Positions 39,801-53,052 are shown, numbered from the whole stretch's first letter. The stretch is DNA of 63,909 nt, filler included, from Bigelowiella natans CCMP2755 (GCA_000320545.1; 8 parts of 8 records of this genome joined end to end with filler, not necessarily neighbours in it); one strand, 5' to 3'. Notes: generated by a model not told the origin, from the sequence alone. Program-made: numbers and translations.

Positions 39801-40838
39801 TCTTTCATTTATTTCAGGGAATATGAGATGATGGCAACGACGATGATGATGAACAACCAGATGCTGCTCAAGAAAAAGAAGGAATTATCGAAAACCACCC
39901 GGCATAAAACTACCACTGCAGCTATCGAATATTATGATGACAACCACGAGGATGAAAACTTTGACATATTACCTTTAAAATTAGAATCACGACGGTACAC
40001 AGCAATTCTAGAATTCGAAATCAAAACACGACATGAGGTACTACTACAGATAAATAATTCTTACTTTAGGGCAGTGTTGTACATATATGGAGGCGAAAGT
40101 TTGTGGTGTACACTGTGTACACCACCCATTTATGACCTCACAATGCTTGTTTTATCGGTTTTCATATTCTTAACACCATCCTCCATTTTTCCGACAACAG
40201 AGTTTGAAGGAAAGTCTATTATTACACAAGAAAACACTGCAAAATATTGAAGAAAGCTTGTCAAAAAAGAACGAGGCCTTAGGCTATAACGCCAAATACT
40301 GGCCGAACAAGAAGAAGGAAGGCGACTTGGGAGAAAAGTGAGTAGTTGTGTAATATTAGAATGTTGGTATATTTAGTAGTTGCGTAGCTGTCTTCACAGT
40401 AACTGTAGTAATTAGGTGGATAACAATAACATAATATGATGGATATGGAAATTTGATTCAATATATATGTAGAGACAAAGGAAGAAGACGACGCACAATT
40501 TGGAACGATTTTATTTCTCATCTCAGAAGGAGAAGAACCAGTTGGCGACGGGGGAAAACCAGAAATCCTTCCACCAACAATAAAATAAACAAGGGTAAAA
40601 ACGATAATTCAAGCAGTGAGGATGGGATAGGAGCGGCTGATTTGGATGTGGACAACGACGAGCTTCTTTTTGAGACTTTGAAAATGGTATGCACGGCGCT
40701 AGGTTGTAGCAATAATTCGATACTTCTATTTATTGATCATGACATATTAGTTAATAACATGAAGAAGATAATAATACACGAAGAGAATACACTAATACAT
40801 AACAAAGACACTAACCACACAACAGGTTCTATAGCGTT

Positions 40839-40891
<53 letters not shown>

Positions 40892-42800
40892 GCGTGCGTG
40901 TATGTAATTGTACGTATGTATGTGCACGTTCAAATTATTTTTGATTTATCCCCTTTTCTTCTTCTCTCACTATATACTGTCTCTTCCTTCTGCTTTGCCT
41001 TCTTATTCTGATGTTACAGGACGTGGATTTGCAGAATATTTATTTAACAGAAATTCCACCACTAACCACGCAGATTCAACCGATAAGATCTCCATTCTTG
41101 CATGCAACAGAGTTAAAACGATCGCTAGGAACAGAAAAATCGATCATTATGGGATCATCAAGTGCCAAGAATGATGAATTTTCAAAAGGAGATGAAGAAA
41201 ATGACGACGATGACGATGAAGATTATAATGCTGAAGGTTGATTCTAAAACATAAGCACGGTCTTATCATTACTGATTGATGGCAATGTTTCCTCTTCATT
41301 TTTCTAAAATTTTGAGTCTTGAATTTGTTCTACAAGTTGTTTCTATCGTATTCTATCTACTTGTGGTTACGGTTGCGAAGACAACAAGCCAACCTGATAT
41401 TTCAGACCTCTTTATATCGCATATTTAATACGTCATCTATCGCAACGTCATAACCATGATCATGGTTATTATCAGAAATGGAAGAATTAGAAGAACATCG
41501 GCACTACTACCAACATGGCAAATACTACTATGCTGTAGAAAGTAGGGGCTCCGTTAAGTTGTTTCAACTAAATTATGGCGACCTTCTCTTGCTTTTAAAG
41601 CGCAATGATACATCCGCTACTGTTTCATCTTCGAATCGCCATCATCATCTTGCTCGTCCTTTTGAACGGCCTGCAAGACTCCTAGGTAACTCGTAAAGAA
41701 AAGTGAATCTATGTGTAGAAGCACAATAACAAATATGCAGCAAATTCTATTCATAGTACTAGTTGGTATTTTATATTTTCCTCCAGATATAATACTCACA
41801 TACACGTCTCCTCTTCTTTTATCAACTGTAATTAATCTACTATCACAACATGACCCACCTTCCACAAATCTGCATTTAACGACACGTGTTCGTGCGTGTA
41901 TATCAATTATAGATGCATCACCAATTTATTAAACACAGGTATTCAATGGAAGGTATCTGAAGTCGAAAAAAAGGTCAAGATTTATGGAAATATAATAACC
42001 CTAATTGAAACTAATATTCTACACAATCCAGAAAATTACGCTCGAAATGAATACGAGGGTGCTACGATTTGCGAAGATTCTTGGTCTCTAAATGGAATAA
42101 AAATTTCTGAAAGAAACTTAATTCTATCGAGTCACCTAGTTTAGGGACATCTTAATATTTCGTTAATGTTCGTTCTAGTATATTTTTCTTCATAAATTTG
42201 ATCTCCACCAATTATCTGCAACGTTTTAGTGATTCTTTATCGTTTTATCAAATCTATCAGCACAAAGTGTACGTGGAACCTTGGAAAAACATATTGAATA
42301 CGATTATGATGATGATTATACTTGCAACAAAGAAGGTACCCGTATTTATTTTTATTGAATTTATCAAGAATTCTTCATTAGTCTCCTAAAAGATATCAAA
42401 TATTTTGATATTGAATTGGTCGATGAAGTATTTCTATATGATAGTGATGATAGTTATAACGATAACTTTCCATGACTGTCATCGCTGATGGAATAAAGTT
42501 ATTGGATATTTTGCAAGCAATCCATAGAGGACACCTAAGTAGATAAAAATCATTATTATTCTAAACAGCTATTTATTAAGTGTATATGTGTATAATACCC
42601 TTGAACAATGTATCTACGGTGGTGTCTTTGAACTACTGCAGTTGAATCAAGTAAGGATATAAATTGGAGATTTGACCTTAAAAAGCTTGAGGTTGTACCC
42701 AGGAATTCCATAGTTCAGGTCGATCATATTGAGAGATAAGAACTATTTTAAATTGCAGATTAATTGCTATTACAGTAGCTGCTAAATTTTAAGTTATTGA
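34043..42800 (+). CDS. Probable long multi-exon gene or genes of unknown function in AT-rich, trinucleotide-rich DNA
   Basis: Plus-strand GT..AG-bounded coding-like pieces (e.g. within ORFs 34486..35124, 39828..40250 and 40453..40944). No family recognised; gene number and boundaries are uncertain. Confidence 0.3.
36143..36272. repeat. Imperfect tandem repeat (~40 bp, about 3 copies)
   Basis: GCATTACTATAAAGAGAACATACACCATA is repeated three times. Confidence 0.85.
37115..37290. repeat. 46-bp minisatellite, 3 full copies plus one degenerate copy
   Basis: ATCAACACAAACATGTCTTCATCGACACCATCATTATTAACAACTT starts at 37115, 37161 and 37207, with a partial copy at 37253. Confidence 0.92.
38572..38654. 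repeat. Short direct duplication
   Basis: TTATGAGTATTC(C/T)TATGAACTG(G/A)TAACATGG(T/C)GTTTG occurs twice. Confidence 0.85.
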
Positions 42801-43033
42801 ATCAGTTATTATTGAATTCAATCTAAAATTTAAATTATTAGCCTCTCCGACCATGTAAACTACTGATCATATTCAATTAAATTTCTAGAATACTTTGAAC
42901 GTATCCTATAAGCTCTCTTTTGGATATCAAAGCCGTATAGATAAGGATGGTCTCTTTGATAGTGATTTTAAAACTGGTAGTTTGAACATTCACAAAGCGC
43001 GTGCACATGAACATTTGTAAAATCCTTTCAAAT

Positions 43034-43074
<41 letters not shown>

Positions 43075-43600
43075 CCGACGTCTCAGTTGCATTTGTTGCA
43101 ATTTTAGATCGAAGCGTTTCCGAGGGGCTTGAATTTCTAAGAAAATCGTCCGAATTCATTTTCCAGAATTCAAAAAATGGAGCCATCATGGTGTCTGACC
43201 AAGTAAGCTAATTTTAGGCGGACATATATACAGATTTCAATTTGTATTTTTTAGTAATTAGAAGTTGCAATTAAATGTAGGAGACTAGTGAAGATTTGAA
43301 ACATCGTAACGAAGCATACAATTGAAATATTTTTGGTGATTATATAAATATTACTTTCTAGTTTAATTTCATGCATTACTTTTTATGAAGGTAATGAAAC
43401 TTTTATCTTGGACCTACGACCAAGCAAAAGAGTAACTAGAAAAATATATTTTAGTAAATCTATATTTATTAGTTTCTGATATCTATCGAAGGACATATCC
43501 GAAAAATAATACAAATTTGTTCTTGCGCTTAAAACGAACATCATTTTACATATAAAATTAAATAAAATGTATGTTTAATTGATATGTGCATGTGCATGTG

Positions 43601-43636
<36 letters not shown>

Positions 43637-45259
43637 TGTGATGCAAATACTTTGGCCGAATGATACTTTCCTCATATCCGAATAAAATATGAAAAAATTA
43701 GCCCTTTTCTTAAATTTTAGGATTCCAAATGCCTTTGATCTTCATTTCAATGCAACGCGATGTAGTAAAAGATGGAACAAACTTATTGATGCTGCATCAA
43801 GCATAAACATTTCTACAACAGTACTTTTTAATAAGGTAATGCTTGCTAACGATACTTTTGTGTGCATACACGATGCAATTAATAGACATATGTAGATGTA
43901 AAGAAAATTAAAATGAACATAATATAAACTACTTCTCATTGAGAACATGATTTCAATAATTCACTAAGATTTTCGAAGAAATTTGCAGTCCAAAAAAGTC
44001 TAAAGTAACCATGTTTTTCTCCAAATCTTTTCTTAATGCAAAAAAGGTATAAGCATCTAAATGTTTATAATATCCCTTAAGTATAACATTAGCATTTTAA
44101 TTTACAATTGATGTGAATGCACATGGCATATATATCTAAATAAATAAATGAAACTATATATTTTGCCTGACGACACCCTGTTTGAAATGAAAAAAAATTA
44201 ATTTGTTACATATCAGATCGGCTTGAGACAATACTTTAAATATGTATGCTAAATTTAATCTTTCCCTTGTAATATTCACTTAAACGTTTAGAACGGCAAA
44301 AGATGGCTCTCAAATATCACAACCTCTTGTGGCAATAGTATAAACAATTATAAATTGAAAATATTCAATTAAAATACAGCATCTACATTCCTTTATTTTT
44401 ATTTTTCATTATTATTTTTAATTAATTTTGTAACTAATGAAATATTCTTTCACAGTTCGTGATTCAATACCTTACATTTCAAATATATCTTCTACGGTAC
44501 TTGGTGAGTATTCATGTTAAGTAATTCTTTATATTAAAAAAAAAAAAATGTTTAGGTGTAAGATTGTATTTATATGTCTACTTTTGAATTTTTAATTTAA
44601 TTAGAAAATGTATTATATATATTATAGTTGTTCGACATGATTGAAATTGTGATTCAACCAAAATGTTTTCGCAGATTGTTCTCAATATTTTTTTAAAAAT
44701 ATGTGCGTCATTATAAATGCAATATAAATCATATTAAATGATGGCACAACCTAATTGTAGATACAATATCTTGAGTTTTCACTTATAAGATAGTAGAATT
44801 AGTTGTAATTGTGACCAAACTTTCGATATACATCCAACAAAAATACCATTAAACCCTTATTAGATGCCGCTGGAAGGGCTATTAAAAGTACAAATATTCT
44901 GGCTGGAATTAAAGCAGGCGAAAACTTTGACGTTATTCTGAATTCGGTCTCTTCTAAGCGAGAATGTTTTTGCGGGATGACATTCATTCTGAATAGTTTT
45001 TTTTCTCATATGTACAATGCCATAATCAACGACTCCAAGTCCCCGGAGTTACCTTACTACGTATACTCTTATCAAATCAAATATTTTGAATACAGACGAA
45101 ATCTTTGGCAACTCATGCTGCTTCAAACCTAAAAAATAATGCGGGTAAATAGAGAATGACTACCAATGTAAAGCTAAACATTCGCCATGCTCATATTCAT
45201 CATATAGGGTTAAGGGTAAGAAGAGTTTATATATAATATGTATGTGTTTGTGTGTGTAT

Positions 45260-45296
<37 letters not shown>

Positions 45297-45501
45297 TTTT
45301 TGTCAGGGGTATTCGCGGTTGGTAAAAGGACTTATCGCGAGAGAGAGAGAGAGAGAGAGATTCACCAACAGCTTTCGATGTTAGCTCCCCCCCCCCCCCC
45401 CNNNNNNNNNNNNNNNNNNNNNNNNNNNNNNNNNNNNNNNNNNNNTTAATTAATTAANNNNNNNNNNNNNNNNNNNNNNNNNNNNNNNNNNNNNNNNNNN
45501 N

Positions 45502-48181
45502 CCATGGAACGTGAGACATGTGCTAGCTTAAGAAACCTACTTACCCTTTCTTCCGCCTGGCGCACAACTTCATCCGCCACAACCGAGTAATAAAGAGGAT
45601 CCAGACACCTACACCAAGGATAGATGACGTTATTGAACACGTCATAGGATACAAATACTACTCTTCCCTAGATAAAAATGAATCATACATGCAGACACCC
45701 ATCCACAAAACCTCCCGCCCCATTACCGCGTTCTCCAGCAGGCACAGGAAGTGGCACTTCGTCGTATTCCCTTACGGCCTAAGCATATCAGGGGATGCGT
45801 TCAGTAGTCAGAACTACAGGGCATACACACATGATGGGATGGCGTCTGTGTTGTGGGTGTTTGTGTTTGTGTATGTGGATGATGACATAATATGTACCAA
45901 CACAGTCGTCGCTCAGATCTTCCTCCTGGAAAATATATTTATTAGGTTTGCACACTTCGGTTTTACTATTAGACTGCAGAAGTGTACATTCCTAGCTACA
46001 AGAATCAAGTGGTGTGGATATTACCTGGAGCAAGGCCGCATCACCCCAAACCCCGAGAAAGTAGCAGCACTACAGCAAGCCCCTAAACCTAAGAATGCAA
46101 AGGAGTTAAAGTCATTCTTGCAGACTGCAGCTTGGATACTACGTAGGTTCTCCCCTACCTACGCTAGGACTGCAGCTGCTTTTACTACTGCTTACCGGAA
46201 GGAGAACTCTGTAGGCCTCAGCTTCGCTAAGGTGTGGGCCAAGGCTGGCCTTGATGCCCACTTCGATAACCTAATAAAGTTATGCAGCAACACCCTATTG
46301 AATGCTAAGCTAGACACTACTAGACCAGCTACCCTATGGACAGACTGGTCTAAGCTAGGTATGGCTGCTGTACTTACCCAAGACCAGCAGATCATACGGG
46401 TGTGGGGCAGGGCCTGCACAGCAGCTGAGGCCAAGTACAGCCCTACAAAAGGAGAGTATAAAGCCATGACTGAGGCGCAGAGGAAACTAAGATACTACCT
46501 GCTGTCGGTGCCCAGCTTCACCTTAATGACTGACCACAAGCCCCTCCTAGGCATCGACCGCAAGCTCGAAGCGCCTAACGATGAGTATGCAGCTATGAGG
46601 GCGGACACGGAAGAGTTTAGGGACAAGAGGACAGTGGTCTACGCACCAGGAGACAAGCAGCTTGCTGACTATTTCAGCAGGCTGTTCGAAAAGAAAGTCC
46701 CTACCCAGGTCACCCCTATGGTTAACGCGATTACCTTCGAGGACGGCGACTTCCTGCCTGAGCCAGAGGAGCTCCAGCACCTTCAAGAACACCTGGATAA
46801 ATACAAACACAAGCATGAGGTACTTAGTGATAGGATATATGTATACACTAATAATGTTAGGCGTACCTACGTGCCACGGCGGACCAGGGGAGCCCTTCTC
46901 TTTACCGCCCATGGACCTGCACACGTAGGAGAAAACCATATCACTGCTCTACTCTACCATTACTACTGGCCCTACAAGCTAAAAGAGATAAGGACATACC
47001 TGCGTGGCTGCAGGTGCTCCAGCTTGAAGGCGGCAGGCGTCGCCACCAAGGAGTCCAGCAAGAGCCGTGCATCTAAGAAAATCAAAGCAAGGAACTTCTT
47101 AGATATCGTGCAAATTGATGTTTATAAGTACGATGGCTATCACTACCTTACCTTCGTTGATGTGGCCACTGGAAAGTGCTGGGTTAAAAAGATTATCAAG
47201 GTCAACGTTGCTAAGAAGAACAAAGGCTTATATAAGCAGAGGCTTACTAACTGCTACCGTACCTGGGAGTCTGAGCTCCAGGCTATCCCTGATGAAGTTA
47301 GCATAAACAAGATACCAAAGAAGTTACATGTGGATAATGAGACCTCTCTTCTACAGCTACCACACCCTAATATTGATGCCTCACCTGTATACTATGCCCA
47401 GTCCAACTCCAAGGTAGAGCGACTCCACCGCACCTTGGCCAACCTAAGCAGGATAAATAGCACCACACCAGACAAGATACAAGGGTTAGTAAACGACACC
47501 TTCACGTCTGGGGGAGGTATCAAGGATAAGGAGAGGGAAGAAGGCGACGACAACGACGACGATACCGAGAGCGAAGACGAGAAGGTCCCGTACGATGGCC
47601 GAGTTCTAAAGGAAGGACAGTATGTTAGGGCCAAGGTAAATCTGAGATCGAGAAATAAACAAGACCCCTTCTGGGGTGGCGTTGCAAAGGTTACCGAGAG
47701 GAAGGGGAGGAAGCAGTACTACATCTATGATGGGAACAGGGTCACCTTGCGCCACATCAGTCACCTAAAGAATTATGATATCGGTGAGAAGCTCCTAGAG
47801 GATGTTAAAGTAAACCCTACTGTGTGGGAGCGAGCAATGCCTTGTTTAGGACCCCGACCTAAGTTCGATGTGGAATATGGAAACAATAAGGTCAGGGTGA
47901 ACGACGATTGGCGCATGAAGATTGTCTATCTAGGCTACCCTGGATTACGAAATATGGAGAGGGTAGCTATGAAAATAAAGGACGGAAAATATCAGCTACT
48001 CTACCTAGCTGTTCCCGACTTACCCTTTGAGCACTGGTATAAGGTCCTGGGGGACCTTGATGCAGAGGGCTGGTATGGACACGAACCTAAGGACGAAGGT
48101 GAGTTCTGGGTAAGCGACAAAGGAGATAAGGTTAGAGAGGAATCTATTACCTGGTGGTTGGTGAAGTTCCGAAAGCGATGA
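45502..48181 (+). CDS. pol: Pol polyprotein: RT, RNase H, integrase, SH3-like module and an extra C-terminal Dam-methylase-like domain
   Basis: TPRIDD...YYSSLD, PYGL, YVDD (RT); LWTDWSKLGMAAVL...TDHKPL (RNase H); HGPAH...CRC, IVQID, HVDNE, SNSKVERLHRTL (integrase); DPFWGG. The frame extends upstream of 45689, with an apparent +1 nt near 45529 close to the contig edge. Confidence 0.93.
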
Positions 48182-48232
48182 AGGTCTAAGGGAATAAGGA
48201 AGGAAGGAAGGAGCAACGTGACTTGGGGGAGG

Positions 48233-48558
48233 TGTAGCGCGTACCACTACGCGGGCACAAGTCACGTGCGACAACAAAGGGGTTGTCGCGGATATAGAAT
48301 ATAGATAACGTAGATATTAATACAGCATAGGCACGTGGGTTCCGGCGGGACTCATGGCAGCACACCGGAAGTGTGCTGCCCCACGTGCGGCGGCATTCGC
48401 GAAAGCTTCGCGAATGATTACGCAGTGCACGATTTAATAAAAATATAATCTTTAATAAAAATAAACACAACTCTTCAAAAGGAAGCAAACGTGCCTTTCC
48501 CCCCCCCTGCCTACTTGTGCACGTAGCGCCTCGGCCTGTGAACACCTTACGCGCAACA
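48233..48558 (+). repeat. 3' LTR (326 bp)
   Basis: TGTAGCGCGTA...TACGCGCAACA; reverse complement of 12672-12997. Confidence 0.95.
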
Positions 48559-49556
48559 ACGCTGGCACCCAGGGCACGTCTCCAAAGTGTTGCACGACAC
48601 TTGCAACTTGCGAAAAGCAGTCCAATGGTGCCTCGAACTGGAAACAACGAGGATTCACTGGGGTGGAAAGCATGACAAGCAGCATGACAAAAAATGGCGT
48701 GCATGGCCAATGGCAGCCGTCTGATGAGGGTGGGGAAAAGAACGACGCAGCGCATCCATCCTGAACCAGAAACTTCCCCGAATTTCGATCGCGCGACATC
48801 CATCATCTCCATGGATCTCCATGGATCTCCATCTCATTGAATCTCTGCAACTGTGTCGAAGACGAACTGAATTTCACTTGGTGCGACAAGCCGTAGTGAC
48901 CGTTCGATGCGGTGACTGTCATTGACAAACAGTGCTCCTGGTCCATTTTTGGCGTAGTTGACTGTGGAGCACGCTCGGATGATTGATGAGTTCTTGGGAG
49001 GTACTACACGTAGTCATTACAGGAGTACATGCAGCAGCCATTAGTGCACATGCTGAAAGGAACAATTGGTTCACAGTGTTCTGCAAGTTCACAAAAAATA
49101 AGAGAAAGAACAACAACGTAGAAGCACAACTCTTCACGGAAAGAAGAGCACGTGCGGTACCCACCACTGCACGTATCGGCCAGCGCGACATACGACTGAG
49201 TTGTCCAGTGTCCAAAATAGTTCCATTTGCATGCAATTCTGGCTTGTGTTCGAGCTAGCTTCAACGTGCTATTTTTCCTACTCACTTGCCATCGAAGAAG
49301 TGTTCGGTGAAGAACAAGGACAAAAGCAGGGGAACGCCAAGCTTTTTGAGCTCTTTTAGAGATATCTACAATCAAAAGGAGGCCTATAAGCGCTCAACCT
49401 CGCGTCAAAGTTCCACTGGGAGCAAGTGAAAAGCAGCAGGCAGGCAAGAGGGCGGTCCGAGAGCAAGTGCGTAGGCACGGTGATAAGAAACCAAACCACG
49501 AAACTTCCCCCAAAACCACTCGTTATCCTCCCCCTTTCGCTCTCCCCATTTTCTCA

Positions 49557-50965
49557 ATGAGAGCATCAAATTCGCCAAGAATTCCTTGTAATAACGCAGA
49601 CGACATTACTATGAGAGTGAGGTTTAAATACGAAAACCAGAGCATGAAGGACAAGGAAAGAGCGGAGGATGGTAACATCTGGCACGAATTTGACTTTCCG
49701 GATGGGCCTGAGTGTGAAGAAACAAGCATATTTTGGAACGTTGATCCCCTTCTCAACAAACCTAGTGAGACTGGCAGTGTTGAACCTCCAGGAATGGCGA
49801 ATGACAGCTCTCCTACCTCCTCCCTTCCCACCCGTGATTTTGACAAGATAACCCTGGAAGAGACAGAAACCTGCATATCACGACATTTCCGTTTCCATCC
49901 TGAAAAACTACTAAATGATGAATCACATGATCATATTTCACCTAATCACTTGTCACCTTTATATGCGAAAGAAGAGGAGAAAATAGAAGTGGACCTTGAC
50001 AATAATCCCAGCATCATTCACCATCCTGTTCGCTGCGAGGGTGGAGAGCAGCAAGCAAGTGTAAGCCAAATACGCAGGCATCTGCAAACAGATGACCCAG
50101 AGTCTCACTTGCTGGAAGGCACTGTCGCTGAGTATACCCGTGGAAAAAGTGAAAAAAAGGAGGAACTGAGATGGTCGTATACGGACTATCGATCTCGAGA
50201 TTATAATTTTAATAACGATGGTGGTGACAACATCAGGAGCAAGATATCATCAAGCGATACTACTAGTGCAACTATAGAATTACGTACCCCTCCTTCTTCG
50301 TCCCGTATTCCCTCTTCCCCGAAGCGAAAATTACTTGCTGAAGAATCTTGCTCGAAAAATCTGCCTAGCGACCAAAATATGGACTCGCCAAAGAAAAAGC
50401 GCAGAAATTGCAGTGTTGAGTTGATAGCAGAGATTTCCCCTTTCTCTTCGACTATAGCCCTTCCTGTAGTTTCACGCGGAAGCTGCCGCAAGCCTAAGTC
50501 GAACTCTGCTGCATTTCGAGCAAAGGTATCATTAGCTAATTCAACCGCGAGTGGAACTACAAAGAGGATAGCAGTAGTAGTATCACGATCATCCTTCTGC
50601 GATGTCGTGAAAAGAGAAGAACAGAAATTACATTTTATTGGCAAAAATGAAGCAGCAATACTTCACCCAGTGCGCAAGATGTCTTATCGTCCGTCGTCAT
50701 TTTCGCCGAAGAAATGCAACAGGCTAAGTTTGAGAGAAGCAGATGAAGAATGTGGCTTGAAGTTGACTGCTTCCTTCTCCTCCTCGCCTCGGTTACCGCC
50801 AAAGCAGAATCAACTTGAATGCTGGCCCAAGACCTCAAATGCCAACAATTGGGAGCTTTCCAAGTAAGAAATTGCGAAACAAATGTGTAGAGTTTAGATA
50901 TATTAAGATGGCAATAGTCTTCTCCAAACTTCGGCCTCATCACTGAAAGTGCAAAAGCTTATAGC

Positions 50966-51014
<49 letters not shown>

Positions 51015-51485
51015 GTCAGATTTCGTCGGCGTAGCCAACGGCGTGTAGCCCAAGCTGCTAGAGAGAAAGTGCGTAAAATACTGTGCTCAGAAGATGACAA
51101 ACTCGAGAAATTTCCTTCGGACGAGGAGGAAAATGAATTTTTGGGTGATGAAACTATTTCCATAGATTCAACTTCTAGCAACGTCTCGTCGCTTGTTTTA
51201 GCACGCAAAAAACCCTCAGTGAACAACTTTGGATTCATCGTTCTCACGAAGGAAACGCTAAGAAAGAAGGGGATCGTACGAGGGGGATTTGGCCGAGCCT
51301 TTGAGTGCCAATATTGCCATAAGGTCTGTACGCAGAGGAGTAACATAATCGCACATGTGCGTGTTCATACTGGTGAAAAGCCATTTAAATGTGTCAAATG
51401 CTACAAAGCATTTTCACAAAAAAGCAATTTAAAGCGTCATATCAAGACTCATAATTTGCTCTATAGAGAGTTGTACAATCACTAG
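49557..51485 (+). CDS. C2H2 zinc-finger transcription factor, two exons
   Basis: Long low-complexity exon 1; intron ~50863-51019 joins in frame; FECQYCHKVCTQRSNIIAHVRVH-TGEKPF-KCVKCYKAFSQKSNLKRHIKTH. Confidence 0.85.
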
Positions 51486-52590
51486 TTTAGGATTAGAAAG
51501 AATCCTTAGCTAAGCTACTGCTGGTCTTTAGGTAGAAATATAAATCTGTGCATGTTCAAGGGCGATATCTTAAAACTGAATAAATATCAATCGAATAGCA
51601 GTAACTAGTAAGATTAATTAAAGAGTCGTCAAAAGCAATGAAATCAGAGTACGGAATACCAATGTGATATGTGATTAAGTTTATAGATAACATGAAACAG
51701 AGATACAAAACATGTTAAACGTTATCTGTAAAAAGTGTCTATTTAATTTAATCATTATTATCACAATATATACAATCCTCTAGAAAATATTGTTAAAAAT
51801 TAAATGCGGTCGTGGTCGCAATGCACACAGTGATAGGCTTTATTTATATTCTACGGTATATTTAATTTGCTGCTAATATGGATATGTAACCTAAAAAGCA
51901 TGGCAAATCTAATGTTTAATTCGTACATGCAAGCTTGATAATTATACTTTATATCCTGCACTTGCGGATTAAGTTTGATGCAGCCACTAAATAAACAGCA
52001 AAATAGGTCAAACCTAGGCGTTTCCTAGGTTCTACCTAGAGGCTACCAACTTAGATGCTACCTAGGTATATCATGACAAATATTTTGAATACGATGTAAA
52101 CCGTTAATTATGATGCTGAATAATAAGATTTTATAAGAATACTTTTTTCATTCAATTTTCTACCTCATTAAATTGATTCAACGAGTTATTATAGAAGGAG
52201 TTTAAAATCATATTTTAAAACGAGTGTCTGAAACAAATGAAAATCTTACCTCGTATTAATTTTAAAATGAGCCAAAATTCATCGATTTCTTCTTTATTTC
52301 TCACAAATTAGGAATAGAATTTGATTTTTGTTCACGTGAATATACATATGTATAAAATCATGCTCAATGTTTATTTTTTATAAAACCTATCGTCTGCACC
52401 ACCCTCGCTACCTATTCCTTCGTTTATTCCGTATCTTATCGATGGATTGTTTCTCAAAGCCTTATTTTATAATATTAATTTTTTATCTAACAGCCATTTT
52501 TTATGAGCGAATAAATAATAGATTATTATTGCGCATATTACTGTATATTGTTGCTTCGATATATCCACAAATGATACATCTCTCTCTCCT

Positions 52591-52627
<37 letters not shown>

Positions 52628-52646
52628 ACTATCTCTTTCTGTGTGG

Positions 52647-52690
<44 letters not shown>

Positions 52691-52704
52691 ATCTCATGGA
52701 AATA

Positions 52705-52759
<55 letters not shown>

Positions 52760-52981
52760 GTATATAGATGTATTTTCAAATATTTTACAGACATTTTTAG
52801 CATTATCCGTTTATGGCCAGTCATTACTTTTTTTTTTTTTTAATATGCTCATTCTTTGTGAACAGAATGAGAGTACATCATTACGAAGGATTTTACATTT
52901 GATGCGACTAGAGTTGCTGATTAACAGCAACATATTATATACATCATACTACATTAAATTTACGATTCTTGTTATACCATT

Positions 52982-53052
<71 letters not shown>

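Larger units (their letters stand above)
45502..48558 (+). mobile_element. Ty3/Gypsy LTR retrotransposon, 3' part (pol, PPT, 3' LTR), truncated by the gap
   Basis: RT-RNaseH-integrase order; polypurine tract GGGGGAGG at 48225-48232; 3' LTR at 48233-48558. Confidence 0.95.

Noticed and set aside
45520-45535. Programmed frameshift in pol
   Set aside because: The extra base lies inside RT, under 30 nt from a contig end, with no slippery site; a sequencing error is more likely.
11364-48558. One giant element or inversion bounded by inverted LTRs that captures the genes in between
   Set aside because: The LTRs are on different contigs separated by linkers, there is no target-site duplication, and the internal parts point into separate gaps.
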